Positions 27,425 to 37,479 of a DNA stretch of 64,000 bases are shown here, in pieces. The first letter of the stretch is position 1. Every line of letters begins with the position of its first letter. The stretch lies in the sequence record DRR378314_818. One strand, written 5' to 3'. The position numbers were made by a program, and so were the translations under genes. The notes under the pieces are model-generated. The model was not told the origin of the DNA. It ran no database searches and saw only the letters and a list, made by a program, of their open reading frames with translations.

Positions 27425-27819
27425 TGTGCCTCCTGTGCCAGCAGGTAACGGGCGATCCATTCTGCCTCTTCTTCGCTGATCAGGGGCCGCCACGGGGGCA
27501 TCGCGGTGTCGGGAATGCCATCGAGGATCACGCCGGTTAGAACGTCGGCGTCGTAGTGGTCCAGCGTCTCAGGCCGCAGATCGGGACCAAGGCCGCCCTT
27601 TAGCGATAGCCCGTGGCACGAGCCACAGTCCTGATGGACCAATCGCTTCAACGCGTTGGGGTCAAGCGTGTCGGCGGCAAAGGCCGTTGTGGCCACAAGC
27701 ACAGCCGTTGAAAGAACAGCGCGCCCGGTCCAGATCGAGCGCCCGGCAGAGATACCGGACGTTTCTTGCCCACCTTGTGTCGGGTGCGGCCCTGAATTCC
27801 TGCATCCGAGCCTAGCCAT
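27421..27819 (-). CDS. nirC: Monoheme cytochrome c NirC
   Basis: QDCGSCHG..LKGGLGP, TAMPPW; start uncertain (long N-terminal extension). Confidence 0.88.
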   Translation of the reverse strand: MARLGCRNSGPHPTQGGQETSGISAGRSIWTGRAVLSTAVLVATTAFAADTLDPNALKRLVHQDCGSCHGLSLKGGLGPDLRPETLDHYDADVLTGVILDGIPDTAMPPWRPLISEEEAEWIARYLLAQEAQ

Positions 27820-28573
27820 GGGCCTGCTCCAATAATTCGGCCACAGGCCGTTCGGCATAAAGTGACACCACCTTGCCGATGATGAAAAGCGTGGGCGCCT
27901 TCAAATCGGCCTCACGCACATCCGCTGCCAGCCGGTCCAATCGGGATACCATGCGGCGCTCATCCGGGGTGGTGGCTTTGGCAACCGCCAGAACTGGGGT
28001 TGAGCCGGGCAGGTTCTCGGACATAAGCCCCATGGCGATCTGACCGATATTGGCGACGCCCATATAAACGACGAGCGTCGAGTCGGGGTCAGCCAGACGT
28101 TTCCAATCCAGATCCAGCACCTTGTCGGCCTGCCGGTGCCCGGTGACATATTGCACCGAGGTCGCCAGTCCGCGATGGGTCAGCGGCACGCCTGTGGAAC
28201 AGGATGCGCCCTGCGCGGCAGTAATGCCCGGCGCGTATTCAACAGGGATGCCGTTTGCCATCAGATAGGCGGCCTCTTCCGAGCCACGACCAAAAATCAT
28301 CGGATCGCCCCCCTTTAGGCGCGCAACGGTGTGACCGGCGCGGGCTTCTTCAACAAGTATTTCGTTGATGCGATCTTGCGGCACCGTATGGCATTTAGGG
28401 GCTTTGCCAACCGGGATCAGCCGTGCGCCTTCTGCGTGCAGATTGAGGATATCGGCCGAGACCAGACGATCATAAACAACCACGTCCGCCCCTTGCAGCA
28501 TCCGCAGCGCGCGCAGGGTCATCAGTTCGGGGTCGCCGGGACCTGCGCCAATCAGATAAACCTTACCGCTCAT
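27812..28573 (-). CDS. nirE: Uroporphyrinogen-III C-methyltransferase NirE
   Basis: GAGPGDPELMT, RLKGGDP, PGITAA, PLTHRG; first gene of nirECFDGHJN. Confidence 0.93.
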   Translation of the reverse strand: MSGKVYLIGAGPGDPELMTLRALRMLQGADVVVYDRLVSADILNLHAEGARLIPVGKAPKCHTVPQDRINEILVEEARAGHTVARLKGGDPMIFGRGSEEAAYLMANGIPVEYAPGITAAQGASCSTGVPLTHRGLATSVQYVTGHRQADKVLDLDWKRLADPDSTLVVYMGVANIGQIAMGLMSENLPGSTPVLAVAKATTPDERRMVSRLDRLAADVREADLKAPTLFIIGKVVSLYAERPVAELLEQAHG

Positions 28574-28693
28574 GTATGAACTCGCTTGGTCTGAATGTCC
28601 TTTGAGCCCGAGGATCCAGCGCGGTCTGGTGACGTTGCTGGGTGAGCCGGGCGTGTCATGGCGACAGACTGGCGCAATCAAAAAGTAACCTCC

Positions 28694-28707
28694 TTGACAT
28701 AAGTTAA
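28694..28707. promoter_or_regulatory. NnrR/DNR box upstream of nirE
   Basis: TTGAC-ATAA-GTTAA. Confidence 0.7.
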
Positions 28708-28734
28708 GGAGCGCGGGAATTGGTCCCGCGCTCC
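28708..28734 (-). terminator. GC-rich hairpin after the cupredoxin gene
   Basis: GGAGCGCGGGA-ATTGG-TCCCGCGCTCC, 11-bp stem. Confidence 0.55.
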
Positions 28735-28762
28735 TCTCTCATGCCTGTATGGTTGCTTGCGC

Positions 28763-29164
28763 TCAGGGTTCGACGGTGATCATTCCGATCATGTTCTGCG
28801 TCTCCCAATGTGGCCCGCACAGGTAATCCTGCGGACCGGGCGTAAGGAAGGTCAGGTCAACTGATTCCTCAGGAAACAGCCGGTCGCTTTCGGGTTCGCT
28901 GCCATCTTTCAGCAAGACCGAATGGCTGGTGCGTTTGTCCACATTCACCCAGCGCACTGTCGTGCCTGCTTGTACTGTCAGTTCGACCGGGCAGAAGGTG
29001 TATTTGTACATCAGCACCACCTCGGCATCTTCAACTGCGGCGGAGGGCTGACCGAACAGCTCGACATAACGCTCTTCTGCTTCGGCACACAGCGCGGCGG
29101 TCTCATCCGCCAAGGCGGGCGCGGCCAGAAGCAGCAGCGCAGGAAGAAGGTGTTGGGGTTTCAT
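28763..29164 (-). CDS. Periplasmic cupredoxin (plastocyanin/amicyanin-like)
   Basis: Signal peptide; F.P..LTV..GTTVRWVN...HSV and YLCGPHWETQNM type-1 Cu ligand set. Confidence 0.85.
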   Translation of the reverse strand: MKPQHLLPALLLLAAPALADETAALCAEAEERYVELFGQPSAAVEDAEVVLMYKYTFCPVELTVQAGTTVRWVNVDKRTSHSVLLKDGSEPESDRLFPEESVDLTFLTPGPQDYLCGPHWETQNMIGMITVEP

Positions 29165-29218
29165 TGTCCAAGTCTCCTCTTCTAAGCGGAAAGGGCCGGA
29201 TCGCCCGGCCCCTGTCCT

Positions 29219-31006
29219 TTATTGTTTGACCACGTTGATGAAGGCGCCGTCGTCGTCCAGTGCAAGGCTGGTATCCAGCGTCACGTGGTGGAACCGTGCG
29301 GCAGCAAAGTCATCGTGGATGGCAAAGCCGACGGTATAGGTCTGACCAGCCTCAAGCGGGACATCGCCGGGTGCGCCCGAGTTCAGCGGGCGACTGAAGA
29401 CCACTGTCCACATACCACCATCAAGGCTGGCCGAGGCGGCGATTTCGCCGTCATTGACCACCCGCTGCTCCAGCAGATAGCCGTTAGTGGCGCTGCCGTC
29501 CGCATAGACGCGCATCAGGTCCAGATATGTTCCGTCGGCCAGATACTGCTCGATCTGGTCAGCGGCCTGCAGCTTGTCCCAGCCACCCAGTGCCTTGCCG
29601 CGGCGGCCTTTGACTTCGACCTCGGTCCGACTTTCGCTGATGTATTTTGTCACCGTGTCCTGAGCGGTCATGCGGCCCGCCACATCGGCGTTACCAGCGA
29701 TGGCGTCGGCTTCGGGTGCGAAGGGCATATAGGTGTTGTCGGCGTGGCACGAAGCCCAGCAACCCACCTGTTCACCCATCTCGATCCCGGTGCCGCTGAT
29801 CATCATGGCCACCTTGATCTGGTTGTCGGGGTCCATTTTACCACCATCAACAAAAGGTGCAGGATTGTGCCCCGCATCTGGCCATTGCATACGGATATAC
29901 AGGTTCTGATCATCATGTGCGGCCTGCACGGTTGCGTCGATCACGCCACGCTTGCCGGGGATTGGAGTGGGCTCCAACTCACCACCTGCAACGATCTTGT
30001 TGCCGATCGTGTCCAGCTCTTTGGCGTGGCAGGTCGTACACTGGTCTCCACCTTTGGTCAGAGGACGCGCGCCGCCGTGGAACTTACCGTTTTGGACCCA
30101 TTCAAACGAGGCTTGACCGGGGTAGAACAGTTTCAAATCGGTGCTGGCAACCGCGTTCCAGTCGATATCCGCGCCGACATCATCACCACCCCCGCTTGCG
30201 GGCGCTGCTGCTTCATCACCGTTGGATTTGGCGCGTTCTTCGGCCACGGCCGCATCCACCGCCGCAGCGATTTGAGCCTGCACGGCTTCATGTTGCGCCT
30301 GTTTGGCGGCTTTCTCGGTCTCGGCTTCTGCGGCTTCCTTGGCTTCGATCCGTTCAAGGCTCGCCATATATTCCGGCGGGATCTGACGGATAAAGTCCGG
30401 GTTCGGCGCTTCAAGCTCTTCCAGATACTCTTCGTCGGCCCGGTCGCGGGCGTCCGAGTGCGCAATCCCCTTGTGACAGTCGATACAGGTCTGGCCCACA
30501 GTCATCGCGTTCAGGTGCTGTTGACGCGCGCGGGGTTTCTGGAATTCAGGCATCATCGATTCAAAGTCGTGACAGTTGCGGCATTCACGCGAGTCGGTGG
30601 CCTTCATCCGTTCCCACTCATTCATCGCCAAATGCACGCGTTTGGCTTCGAACTTCTCACGCGTGTTGATGGTGCCAACCACCTTGCCGTACAGCTCTTT
30701 GGACGCCTTGATCTTGCGGATCATCTTGTGGGTCCAGTCCTTGGGCACGTGACAGTCGGAACAGACCGCACCGACACCGGACCGGTTCACGTCATGGATC
30801 GTGCCGGTGTATTCTTCATAGACAAAATCGCGCATCTCGTGACAAGAGATACAGAAATCTTTGGTGTTGGTGGCTTCCATGGCGGTGTTGAATCCGCCCC
30901 AGAAGATGATGCCGCCGACAAAGGCTGCGGCAATACCGGCCACGGGCATTCCCCACAGGAAATACCGGCGCCAGATCGGTTTTTTCTTTTCCGGTTCGGA
31001 AGTCAT
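29219..31006 (-). CDS. nirT: NapC/NirT tetraheme cytochrome fused to a NirB-like (c552) diheme domain
   Basis: Four CxxCH in the NapC/NirT domain, Ala/Glu-rich linker, then CTTCH and CWASCH. Confidence 0.8.
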   Translation of the reverse strand: MTSEPEKKKPIWRRYFLWGMPVAGIAAAFVGGIIFWGGFNTAMEATNTKDFCISCHEMRDFVYEEYTGTIHDVNRSGVGAVCSDCHVPKDWTHKMIRKIKASKELYGKVVGTINTREKFEAKRVHLAMNEWERMKATDSRECRNCHDFESMMPEFQKPRARQQHLNAMTVGQTCIDCHKGIAHSDARDRADEEYLEELEAPNPDFIRQIPPEYMASLERIEAKEAAEAETEKAAKQAQHEAVQAQIAAAVDAAVAEERAKSNGDEAAAPASGGGDDVGADIDWNAVASTDLKLFYPGQASFEWVQNGKFHGGARPLTKGGDQCTTCHAKELDTIGNKIVAGGELEPTPIPGKRGVIDATVQAAHDDQNLYIRMQWPDAGHNPAPFVDGGKMDPDNQIKVAMMISGTGIEMGEQVGCWASCHADNTYMPFAPEADAIAGNADVAGRMTAQDTVTKYISESRTEVEVKGRRGKALGGWDKLQAADQIEQYLADGTYLDLMRVYADGSATNGYLLEQRVVNDGEIAASASLDGGMWTVVFSRPLNSGAPGDVPLEAGQTYTVGFAIHDDFAAARFHHVTLDTSLALDDDGAFINVVKQ

Positions 31007-31081
31007 ATCCGGGCTCCGTTTTGGCTGTCTTGTCTGGCCTTGTGTGGCAGGCCGGTGAGTTTGGCTTGGGGGTCAAACGAA

Positions 31082-31110
31082 GAAAGGGCGGGCGAGGGGC
31101 CCGCCCTTTC
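31082..31110 (-). terminator. Intrinsic terminator-like hairpin after nirS
   Basis: GAAAGGGCGGGC-loop-GCCCGCCCTTTC, followed by a T-rich tract on the minus strand. Confidence 0.65.
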
Positions 31111-31130
31111 CAGTGTTGGTCGCAAACCCG

Positions 31131-32807
31131 TCAGGTGACGTGGTTCGACCGGTTGTAGACGTTGAACTTTCCGGTCGGAGCAAACAGCCCTTCGATGCGG
31201 CCAATCTCTTCCAACGTCTTGGCGTCGAAGATGACAATCTGACCGTTGGGCTCGAGCGAATCCGACAGGTTCCACTTGGAGACCCAGACCTCGGTGCCAT
31301 CCGCATTGAATTCGAAGTGAACGGCAGCGCTGCCTTCGTCTTCGGTGATCTGGATGGTTTTCACGATCTCGCCGGTCTCTTTCGAGATAACTTGCACAGA
31401 TTGCTGCACTTCCGGTTCCGGATGCTTGGTCTGGTCAGCCCAGATGTAATCCGAGTTCGGATGGGTGCGGACAAACAGGCCGGGGCCGTCTGTTTCCACT
31501 TCGTAGCAGATTTTCCACGCGTCATCGGGACGGTTTTCTGGATCGTTACCCCAGACCGTCACAGTCCCGACACCAAGGTGCGTTGTACCAGCAACCGGGC
31601 CACAGTTCGGGTCAACCCAGTTAGCGCCCGGACCGGGATGCGGCAACGCAGCGGTGTCGATCATCGCTTCCAGCTTGTGGGTTTCTGTATCAACTACAAC
31701 CATCTTGTTCGACGCGTTTGCGGCGATTTGGAAGTACCGGCCTGTCGGGTCGAAGAATCCGTCATGCAGGAACTTGGCGCTGTCGATCTTGTCGATCCGA
31801 AGATTGTCCAGATCGGTATAGTCGACCTGCCAGAGCTGACCCAGTTCTTTCACAGCAACGATCCAGGTGGGTTCATTCGGGGTTGTGTAGATCGCGGCCA
31901 CGCGGGCCTCTTCCACATAATCCCCATCCACGTTCACACCACGGGTTGAGACGACCTTGACCGGCTCCATTGTCTGCGCATCAACGATTGCAAAGTGCGG
32001 CGGCCAGTAACCCCCGCCGATGACGTATTTACCATCGCCGGATACAGCAACGTCGCGCGCGTCGTATGCAATCTTTACTTCAGACACCAACATCTTGTCA
32101 GGCGTCTGCCAGAGGTCGATCTTGGTCATCTTGCCGTCGCGGCCCATCGTGTACCAGAAGCGACCGGGCTGTTCCGGCTCTTCCAGCGCGTGGTGTTCGG
32201 ATGCTTTCAGAACATGCACAGCATAGCCGGTCGGGATGTGTGTCAGCACCTCTTTCGTGTCGCCGTCGATCACGGCCACCTTGCCCACATCACGCTCGAT
32301 GACGACAAAGAAGTTTTCCCAGTTGCGGCCATGCAGCGGCTCGGTCGGGTAGTCCTCTTCTTCAACATAGACCTTGCGAGTCGCCATCATCTGTTCCAGC
32401 GACATTTCAGGTGGCTTGGGCGCATCCATCATGATGTATGTCGCCATGTCCTTAATTTCCTGCTCGGTCATGATGTCCGAGAAGTTGTTCATCCCGCCTT
32501 CGGTGCCCCAAGCGATGATCTTTTCAAGACGATCCTGGCCAAGTTGCAACGTGCCACCTTCGGTCACGGTGCCGTCGGCTGCGGTCTTTTTCCAGTGGGG
32601 TTCAAGGTTCTTGCCGGTTGCACCTTTGCGCAGAACACCGTGGCAACCTGCACATTGCTCAAAATAAAGCTGCTTGGACGATTCAAAGGCTTCGTCGCTT
32701 AATGTTGGCTCTTGGGCGAAGACCGGTGCGGCTGCCGAGCCCAGCAGCATCGCCAAACCAACACCAAGTGTGCGGCTGGCTTTCGTGTAGCTGATTCCAA
32801 GTGACAT
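31131..32807 (-). CDS. nirS: Cytochrome cd1 nitrite reductase
   Basis: CAGCHGVLRKGATG, TGYAVH, FLHDG, PHPGPGAN, PTGKFNVYN; RBS GGAGAG before ATG 32807. Confidence 0.93.
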   Translation of the reverse strand: MSLGISYTKASRTLGVGLAMLLGSAAAPVFAQEPTLSDEAFESSKQLYFEQCAGCHGVLRKGATGKNLEPHWKKTAADGTVTEGGTLQLGQDRLEKIIAWGTEGGMNNFSDIMTEQEIKDMATYIMMDAPKPPEMSLEQMMATRKVYVEEEDYPTEPLHGRNWENFFVVIERDVGKVAVIDGDTKEVLTHIPTGYAVHVLKASEHHALEEPEQPGRFWYTMGRDGKMTKIDLWQTPDKMLVSEVKIAYDARDVAVSGDGKYVIGGGYWPPHFAIVDAQTMEPVKVVSTRGVNVDGDYVEEARVAAIYTTPNEPTWIVAVKELGQLWQVDYTDLDNLRIDKIDSAKFLHDGFFDPTGRYFQIAANASNKMVVVDTETHKLEAMIDTAALPHPGPGANWVDPNCGPVAGTTHLGVGTVTVWGNDPENRPDDAWKICYEVETDGPGLFVRTHPNSDYIWADQTKHPEPEVQQSVQVISKETGEIVKTIQITEDEGSAAVHFEFNADGTEVWVSKWNLSDSLEPNGQIVIFDAKTLEEIGRIEGLFAPTGKFNVYNRSNHVT

Positions 32808-32869
32808 GATCACTCTCCATATGCGTGGTGAGGCAGGTCGCAGACTGAAACATCAGCGCCGAATTCGCC

Positions 32870-32883
32870 TTGACGAAAGTCAA
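32870..32883. promoter_or_regulatory. FNR/DNR box upstream of nirS
   Basis: TTGAC-GAAA-GTCAA, perfectly palindromic half-sites. Confidence 0.85.
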
Positions 32884-32973
32884 CGGAAAGCTTGCTAACT
32901 GGAAATTGACAGACTGGATTCGCGCGTAAATTAGGGAAAAAACCTGTGTTTTAGGGTCATGTTTATGCGACGC

Positions 32974-32987
32974 TTGATTTCGGTTAA
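32974..32987. promoter_or_regulatory. FNR/DNR box upstream of nnrS
   Basis: TTGAT-TTCG-GTTAA. Confidence 0.7.
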
Positions 32988-33050
32988 GTCCTCCACGAAC
33001 CGATGTTGCTAGACCGAATCCAGCAATCAATGAGGCCGAGGAGAGCAGGC

Positions 33051-34241
33051 ATGCCGGCAATGATCGCGCGGGTGTTGGGCGAGGGGTTTCGCGTCTTTTT
33101 CCTGTCAGCCGGGTTATTTGGCCTGTTTGCGGGCGGTGTCTGGGGTCTTTGGCTGGCGACGCAGACAGGGTTGATCGGTTACGAAGATCCCACCTATGCC
33201 ATGAGCCCGTCTATGTGGCACGCGCACGAGATGATCTTTGGGTACGCCACCGCAGCCCTTGGTGGATTTTTCCTGACAGCAGTACCGAACTGGACAGGCA
33301 CACCAGAGGCACGGGCGCAGTTCATAATGGCGGTTGCGGGTCTTTGGCTGGCCGGTCGGCTTGCGATGTGGTTCTCCGGTGCGCTGCCACCAACCCTGGT
33401 TGCTGTCGTCGATCTGGCGTTTGTCCCGGTTCTGGCTGCAAAGATCGCAAGCCAGCTGGTCCGACGCCCCAAACCGCAGAATATGATATTTCTGCTGTTG
33501 CTCAGCTATATCTGGATCTCCAACCTGTTGACCCATCTGGAATGGATCGGCGTGACAGGTGACACCCAGAACATCGGGCTGCGTGCCGGGCTGCTTACAC
33601 TTTGTAGCATGATCGCGATACTCGGCGGACGCATCACGCCGGCCTTTACCCGCAATGCTATGAAGCGCGCGGGAGAACCCGAAACCAACTGGCCCGTATC
33701 GGTAGGAGCCTTCGACAAGGCCGCGATGGTATTGGCATTACTATTGCCGCCGGGTGTGCTGATCTTCGGGATGGGTCCAATTACCGGCGGAATTGCCCTG
33801 ATGCTGGGTATTGCCCAGTTCCTGCGCATGATGCGTTGGCGTATGCGCTGGGCCTTGCGCCAGCCCATCCTGATCGCCCTGCATATTGGTTTGGTTATGT
33901 TGGCCTTGGGGCTGATCCTGTGGGGTCTGGCCGTGCTGGGTTTCGGTAGCGAGATTGGCGCGCTGCACTTGCTGGGAATCGGCTGCGTCGGGGGTATGAC
34001 CCTCGCCGTGATGAGTCGGGCCGCCCTTGGCCACAGTGGCCGCGCACTTGTGGCATCGCCGCCCATGGCAACCGCCTACGGGCTTATGGCCTCGGCCGCG
34101 ATTCTGCGCTGGGTTGGATCAGCCCTTGATCAGGGATATCTGATTGCGATGCTTGCCTCTGACGGCCTGTGGATCAGCGCAATCGTACTTTATCTGATCG
34201 CCATGTGGCCCGCACTAACCGGTCCGCGACTTGCATCCTGA
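33051..34241 (+). CDS. nnrS: NnrS heme-copper membrane protein
   Basis: GFRVFFL, WHAHEMIFG, GFFLTAVPNWT, GGRITPAFT, RAALGHSGR. Confidence 0.93.
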   Translation: MPAMIARVLGEGFRVFFLSAGLFGLFAGGVWGLWLATQTGLIGYEDPTYAMSPSMWHAHEMIFGYATAALGGFFLTAVPNWTGTPEARAQFIMAVAGLWLAGRLAMWFSGALPPTLVAVVDLAFVPVLAAKIASQLVRRPKPQNMIFLLLLSYIWISNLLTHLEWIGVTGDTQNIGLRAGLLTLCSMIAILGGRITPAFTRNAMKRAGEPETNWPVSVGAFDKAAMVLALLLPPGVLIFGMGPITGGIALMLGIAQFLRMMRWRMRWALRQPILIALHIGLVMLALGLILWGLAVLGFGSEIGALHLLGIGCVGGMTLAVMSRAALGHSGRALVASPPMATAYGLMASAAILRWVGSALDQGYLIAMLASDGLWISAIVLYLIAMWPALTGPRLAS

Positions 34242-34266
34242 GTGTCAGCACCCGCGCAAGACCAGT

Positions 34267-35373
34267 TCACGAAGGCCGGATCAACACCCTGTCATTCTTT
34301 TTGTGTCGCCGCAGCAAAGATTGGATCTTTTTTCCGTGTTTTGGAATTTGGCGTGCAGCTTCAGGATGATGATCGGCTGAGGTCAGTTCGGGGAAGAGGG
34401 CAACAATTTCAGCCAGCGCTTCTGGATGTATGGCTTTCAGGGCCTGCTGACCCGTGAACAGGCTTTCGGACGGTGCGCCTTCGGCTAGCACAATCTCGTG
34501 CCGATCAAACAGCATATGGTAATAGACGACGCTTTGAGCTGCCTCTTCGATGGTGATCCCGGGGATTCCCACGAGTTTATGAGCGGGCACCAGAACCTCT
34601 TCGCTGTCGAACATGCGGACTGCGATCGTTGAACGGATCATCATGCGATGTTGCGGCGAAACCAGCAGATCGCGGTGCGGCAGGCCGCTGCCTAAGCTTC
34701 CGGCGGCGATTCGGATCGGGCGCAATTTTGGTTTGCGCGCCAGTTCAACCTCATTAAGCGATCGCGCTCCGATCCATCGAATACGTTGTGGGCCATGATC
34801 AAGGGTCAGAACCTTATCCCCCGCCGACAGCAATTCGATAGCGACATCGCCTTTGGGTGTCGCAATAAGGGTGCCTGCAGCAAAACAGGGCACGTCAACA
34901 ATCGCACCCGGATCCGTCGTGTCGGGGGCATTGTCTGGGGTCACGTTTGACCTGACGAAGGTGTAGACAGTCCCGGGAGTCAACGGCTCGGACGTGATAT
35001 ACCCGACAAGGTTGCCTTCAACTTCGACCCGGAAAACATCGATGGTGCCACCGCTGGGATTGGCCAGGCTGTAGGATTCTTCCAGATAGATGGCGCCAGA
35101 ATCAATCGTGACCGAGCCATCCAGATTGGTCACCACGCCTGATTGGGTCAGATCATCTCCAACCTCATTGTTGAAACGGTCGCCATTGAAATCCGTGCCG
35201 TTGTCAGGATCGCCGTTTACAAGGGTTCCACCGGCGGCATCGGCCACATTGAAAACGCGGCGGTCAGTATCTGGGTCGTAGGCTGAGCTGAGCGTTATTG
35301 TTCCGGTCGAGAATGTGGCGAAGTTCACCGAAATGACCCCCGGCGCATAGCCGATATATGAATAGTTCGCCAT
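34267..35373 (-). CDS. Hint-domain (bacterial intein-like) protein
   Basis: VPCFAAGTLIATP.G, DLLVSPQHR, YYHMLFDRHEIV.AEGAPSESL. Confidence 0.88.
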   Translation of the reverse strand: MANYSYIGYAPGVISVNFATFSTGTITLSSAYDPDTDRRVFNVADAAGGTLVNGDPDNGTDFNGDRFNNEVGDDLTQSGVVTNLDGSVTIDSGAIYLEESYSLANPSGGTIDVFRVEVEGNLVGYITSEPLTPGTVYTFVRSNVTPDNAPDTTDPGAIVDVPCFAAGTLIATPKGDVAIELLSAGDKVLTLDHGPQRIRWIGARSLNEVELARKPKLRPIRIAAGSLGSGLPHRDLLVSPQHRMMIRSTIAVRMFDSEEVLVPAHKLVGIPGITIEEAAQSVVYYHMLFDRHEIVLAEGAPSESLFTGQQALKAIHPEALAEIVALFPELTSADHHPEAARQIPKHGKKIQSLLRRHKKNDRVLIRPS

Positions 35374-35535
35374 GCCTGACCCCTTCACTCGTCCCGATAC
35401 TTAGACGCGTCGTAACAGTTCCCAACAGCCTGAATATAAAATCACGCGTCGGTAGGATGATTTCAAGGCAATTTCAGGCCTTTTTTGCATTCCCATCAAG
35501 AATTTACCGACGCGTCCCAGCTAGGCTGTGCAGCC

Positions 35536-35549
35536 TTGACTTTCGTTAA
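35536..35549. promoter_or_regulatory. NnrR/DNR box upstream of norC
   Basis: TTGAC-TTTC-GTTAA. Confidence 0.75.
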
Positions 35550-35612
35550 GGCAGTTTCTGTGCACTGACGTCATTCTGCTCGCACAAACTAATCTGCGCA
35601 AAGGAGAGCGCA

Positions 35613-36062
35613 ATGCGAGAAGTCATGACAAAGAACATGGCTCGCAACATATTCTATGGCGGGTCATTGTTCTTCATTCTCATCTTTCTGGCCCTGTCGG
35701 CCCATTCGCACTGGTATATCGTCAACTCGGAAAACGCCGCGAATCTTGATGAAAGCGTGGTGCGGGGCAAACACGTCTGGGAAAAACACGCCTGCATCAA
35801 CTGCCATACCATCTTGGGCGAAGGCGCATACTTTGCCCCCGAGGTTGGTAACGTGATGACCCGTTGGGGTGTGCTGGACGACCCGGAATCAGCCTTTGAA
35901 GCGCTCAAGGGCTGGATGGAAGCACAGCCAACCGGCATTCCCGGTCGTCGGCAGATGCCCAATTTCAACCTCAGCGACGAAGAGATCCGTGATCTGGCGA
36001 ACTTCCTGATCTGGACAGACAACATCGACGCTCAGGGCTGGCCGCCCAACGAGGCAGGCTGA
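35613..36062 (+). CDS. norC: Nitric oxide reductase subunit C
   Basis: ARNIFYGG, CINCHTILGEGAYFAPE, RRQMPNF. Confidence 0.96.
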   Translation: MREVMTKNMARNIFYGGSLFFILIFLALSAHSHWYIVNSENAANLDESVVRGKHVWEKHACINCHTILGEGAYFAPEVGNVMTRWGVLDDPESAFEALKGWMEAQPTGIPGRRQMPNFNLSDEEIRDLANFLIWTDNIDAQGWPPNEAG

Positions 36063-36078
36063 GAAAGGGAACGGAGCA

Positions 36079-37479
36079 ATGAAATACGAATCCCAAAAAA
36101 TCGCCTATGCCTACTTTGCAGTAGCCATGGCCTTGTTTGCGATACAGGTGATCGGCGGCCTTCTGGCCGGTTTTATCTATGTATTCCCAAACTTCCTGAG
36201 TGAGCTTCTGCCGTTCAACATCGTGCGGATGCTGCATACCAATTCGCTGATCGTCTGGCTGATCCTTGGCTTCTTTGGTGCTGCCTATTTCCTGATACCG
36301 GAAGAGGCGGAACGCGAGATCCATTCGACCAAACTGGCCTATCTGCAGCTGATCATCCTTGTGGTCGGTACCTTGGGCGTGGTTGTGACCTATGTGTTCA
36401 ACCTATTCGAAGGCAACTGGCTGCTGGGCAAAGAGGGGCGAGAGTTCCTTGAGCAACCCAAATGGGTCAAGATGGGCATCGTCGTGGCCGCGCTGATCTT
36501 CCTTTACAACGTGTCGATGACCGTTCTGAAAGGCAAGAAAACTGCCATCACTAACATCCTTCTGTTGGGTTTGTGGGGTCTGGCGCTGCTGTTCCTGTTC
36601 GCCTTCTACAACCCGGGCAACCTGAGCCTTGATAAGCAATACTGGTGGTATGTTGTCCACCTGTGGGTCGAAGGTGTGTGGGAACTGATCATGGCCTCGA
36701 TCCTGGCCTACCTGATGCTGAAGCTGACCGGTGTTGACCGTGAGGTGGTCGAAAAATGGCTCTATGTCATCGTCGCTGCCGCGCTGTTCTCGGGCATCCT
36801 TGGCACTGGGCACCACTACTATTGGATCGGTACGCCTGCATACTGGCAGTGGATTGGTTCGATCTTCTCAAGCCTCGAGGTGATCCCGTTCTTCGCGATG
36901 ATGGCTTTTGCCTTCGTCATGGTCTGGAAGGGCCGTCGTGATCACCCCAACAAGGCTGCGCTACTATGGTCGCTGGGCTGTGCCACATTGGCCTTTTTCG
37001 GTGCCGGTGTCTGGGGCTTCCTGCATACGCTGCACGGGGTGAACTATTATACCCACGGTACGCAGATCACCGCGGCCCACGGTCACCTGGCCTTCTACGG
37101 TGCCTATGTCTGCCTCAATCTGGCGATCTTCAGCTATGCGATGCCGATCCTGAAGAACCGTGATCCCTATAATCAGGTTCTGAACATGGGTTCGTTCTGG
37201 TTAATGACCAGCGGCATGGTCTTCATGACCTTCGTGCTGACCTTCGGCGGTACCGTGCAGACACACATGCAACGTGTTGTCGGCGACTACTTCATGGACG
37301 TCCAGGACCAGATCGCGATCTTCTACTGGATGCGTCTTGGCTCTGGTGTGGTTGTGGTACTTGGTGCGCTGCTGTTCATCTACTCGATCTGGGTTCCCCG
37401 GAAAGAGGTGGTTGAACCCGGCCCGATCGAACGCGACCGGCTGGAGAGCGATCCTGACCACGTCGCAGCGGAGTCATGA
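36079..37479 (+). CDS. norB: Nitric oxide reductase subunit B (cNor)
   Basis: VHLWVEGVWE, GTGHHY, AHGHLAFYG. Confidence 0.97.
   Translation: MKYESQKIAYAYFAVAMALFAIQVIGGLLAGFIYVFPNFLSELLPFNIVRMLHTNSLIVWLILGFFGAAYFLIPEEAEREIHSTKLAYLQLIILVVGTLGVVVTYVFNLFEGNWLLGKEGREFLEQPKWVKMGIVVAALIFLYNVSMTVLKGKKTAITNILLLGLWGLALLFLFAFYNPGNLSLDKQYWWYVVHLWVEGVWELIMASILAYLMLKLTGVDREVVEKWLYVIVAAALFSGILGTGHHYYWIGTPAYWQWIGSIFSSLEVIPFFAMMAFAFVMVWKGRRDHPNKAALLWSLGCATLAFFGAGVWGFLHTLHGVNYYTHGTQITAAHGHLAFYGAYVCLNLAIFSYAMPILKNRDPYNQVLNMGSFWLMTSGMVFMTFVLTFGGTVQTHMQRVVGDYFMDVQDQIAIFYWMRLGSGVVVVLGALLFIYSIWVPRKEVVEPGPIERDRLESDPDHVAAES

Noticed and set aside
29222-31138. 638-aa plus-strand ORF
   Set aside because: Antisense shadow of the nirT fusion, expected with high-GC codon bias; no recognisable motifs.
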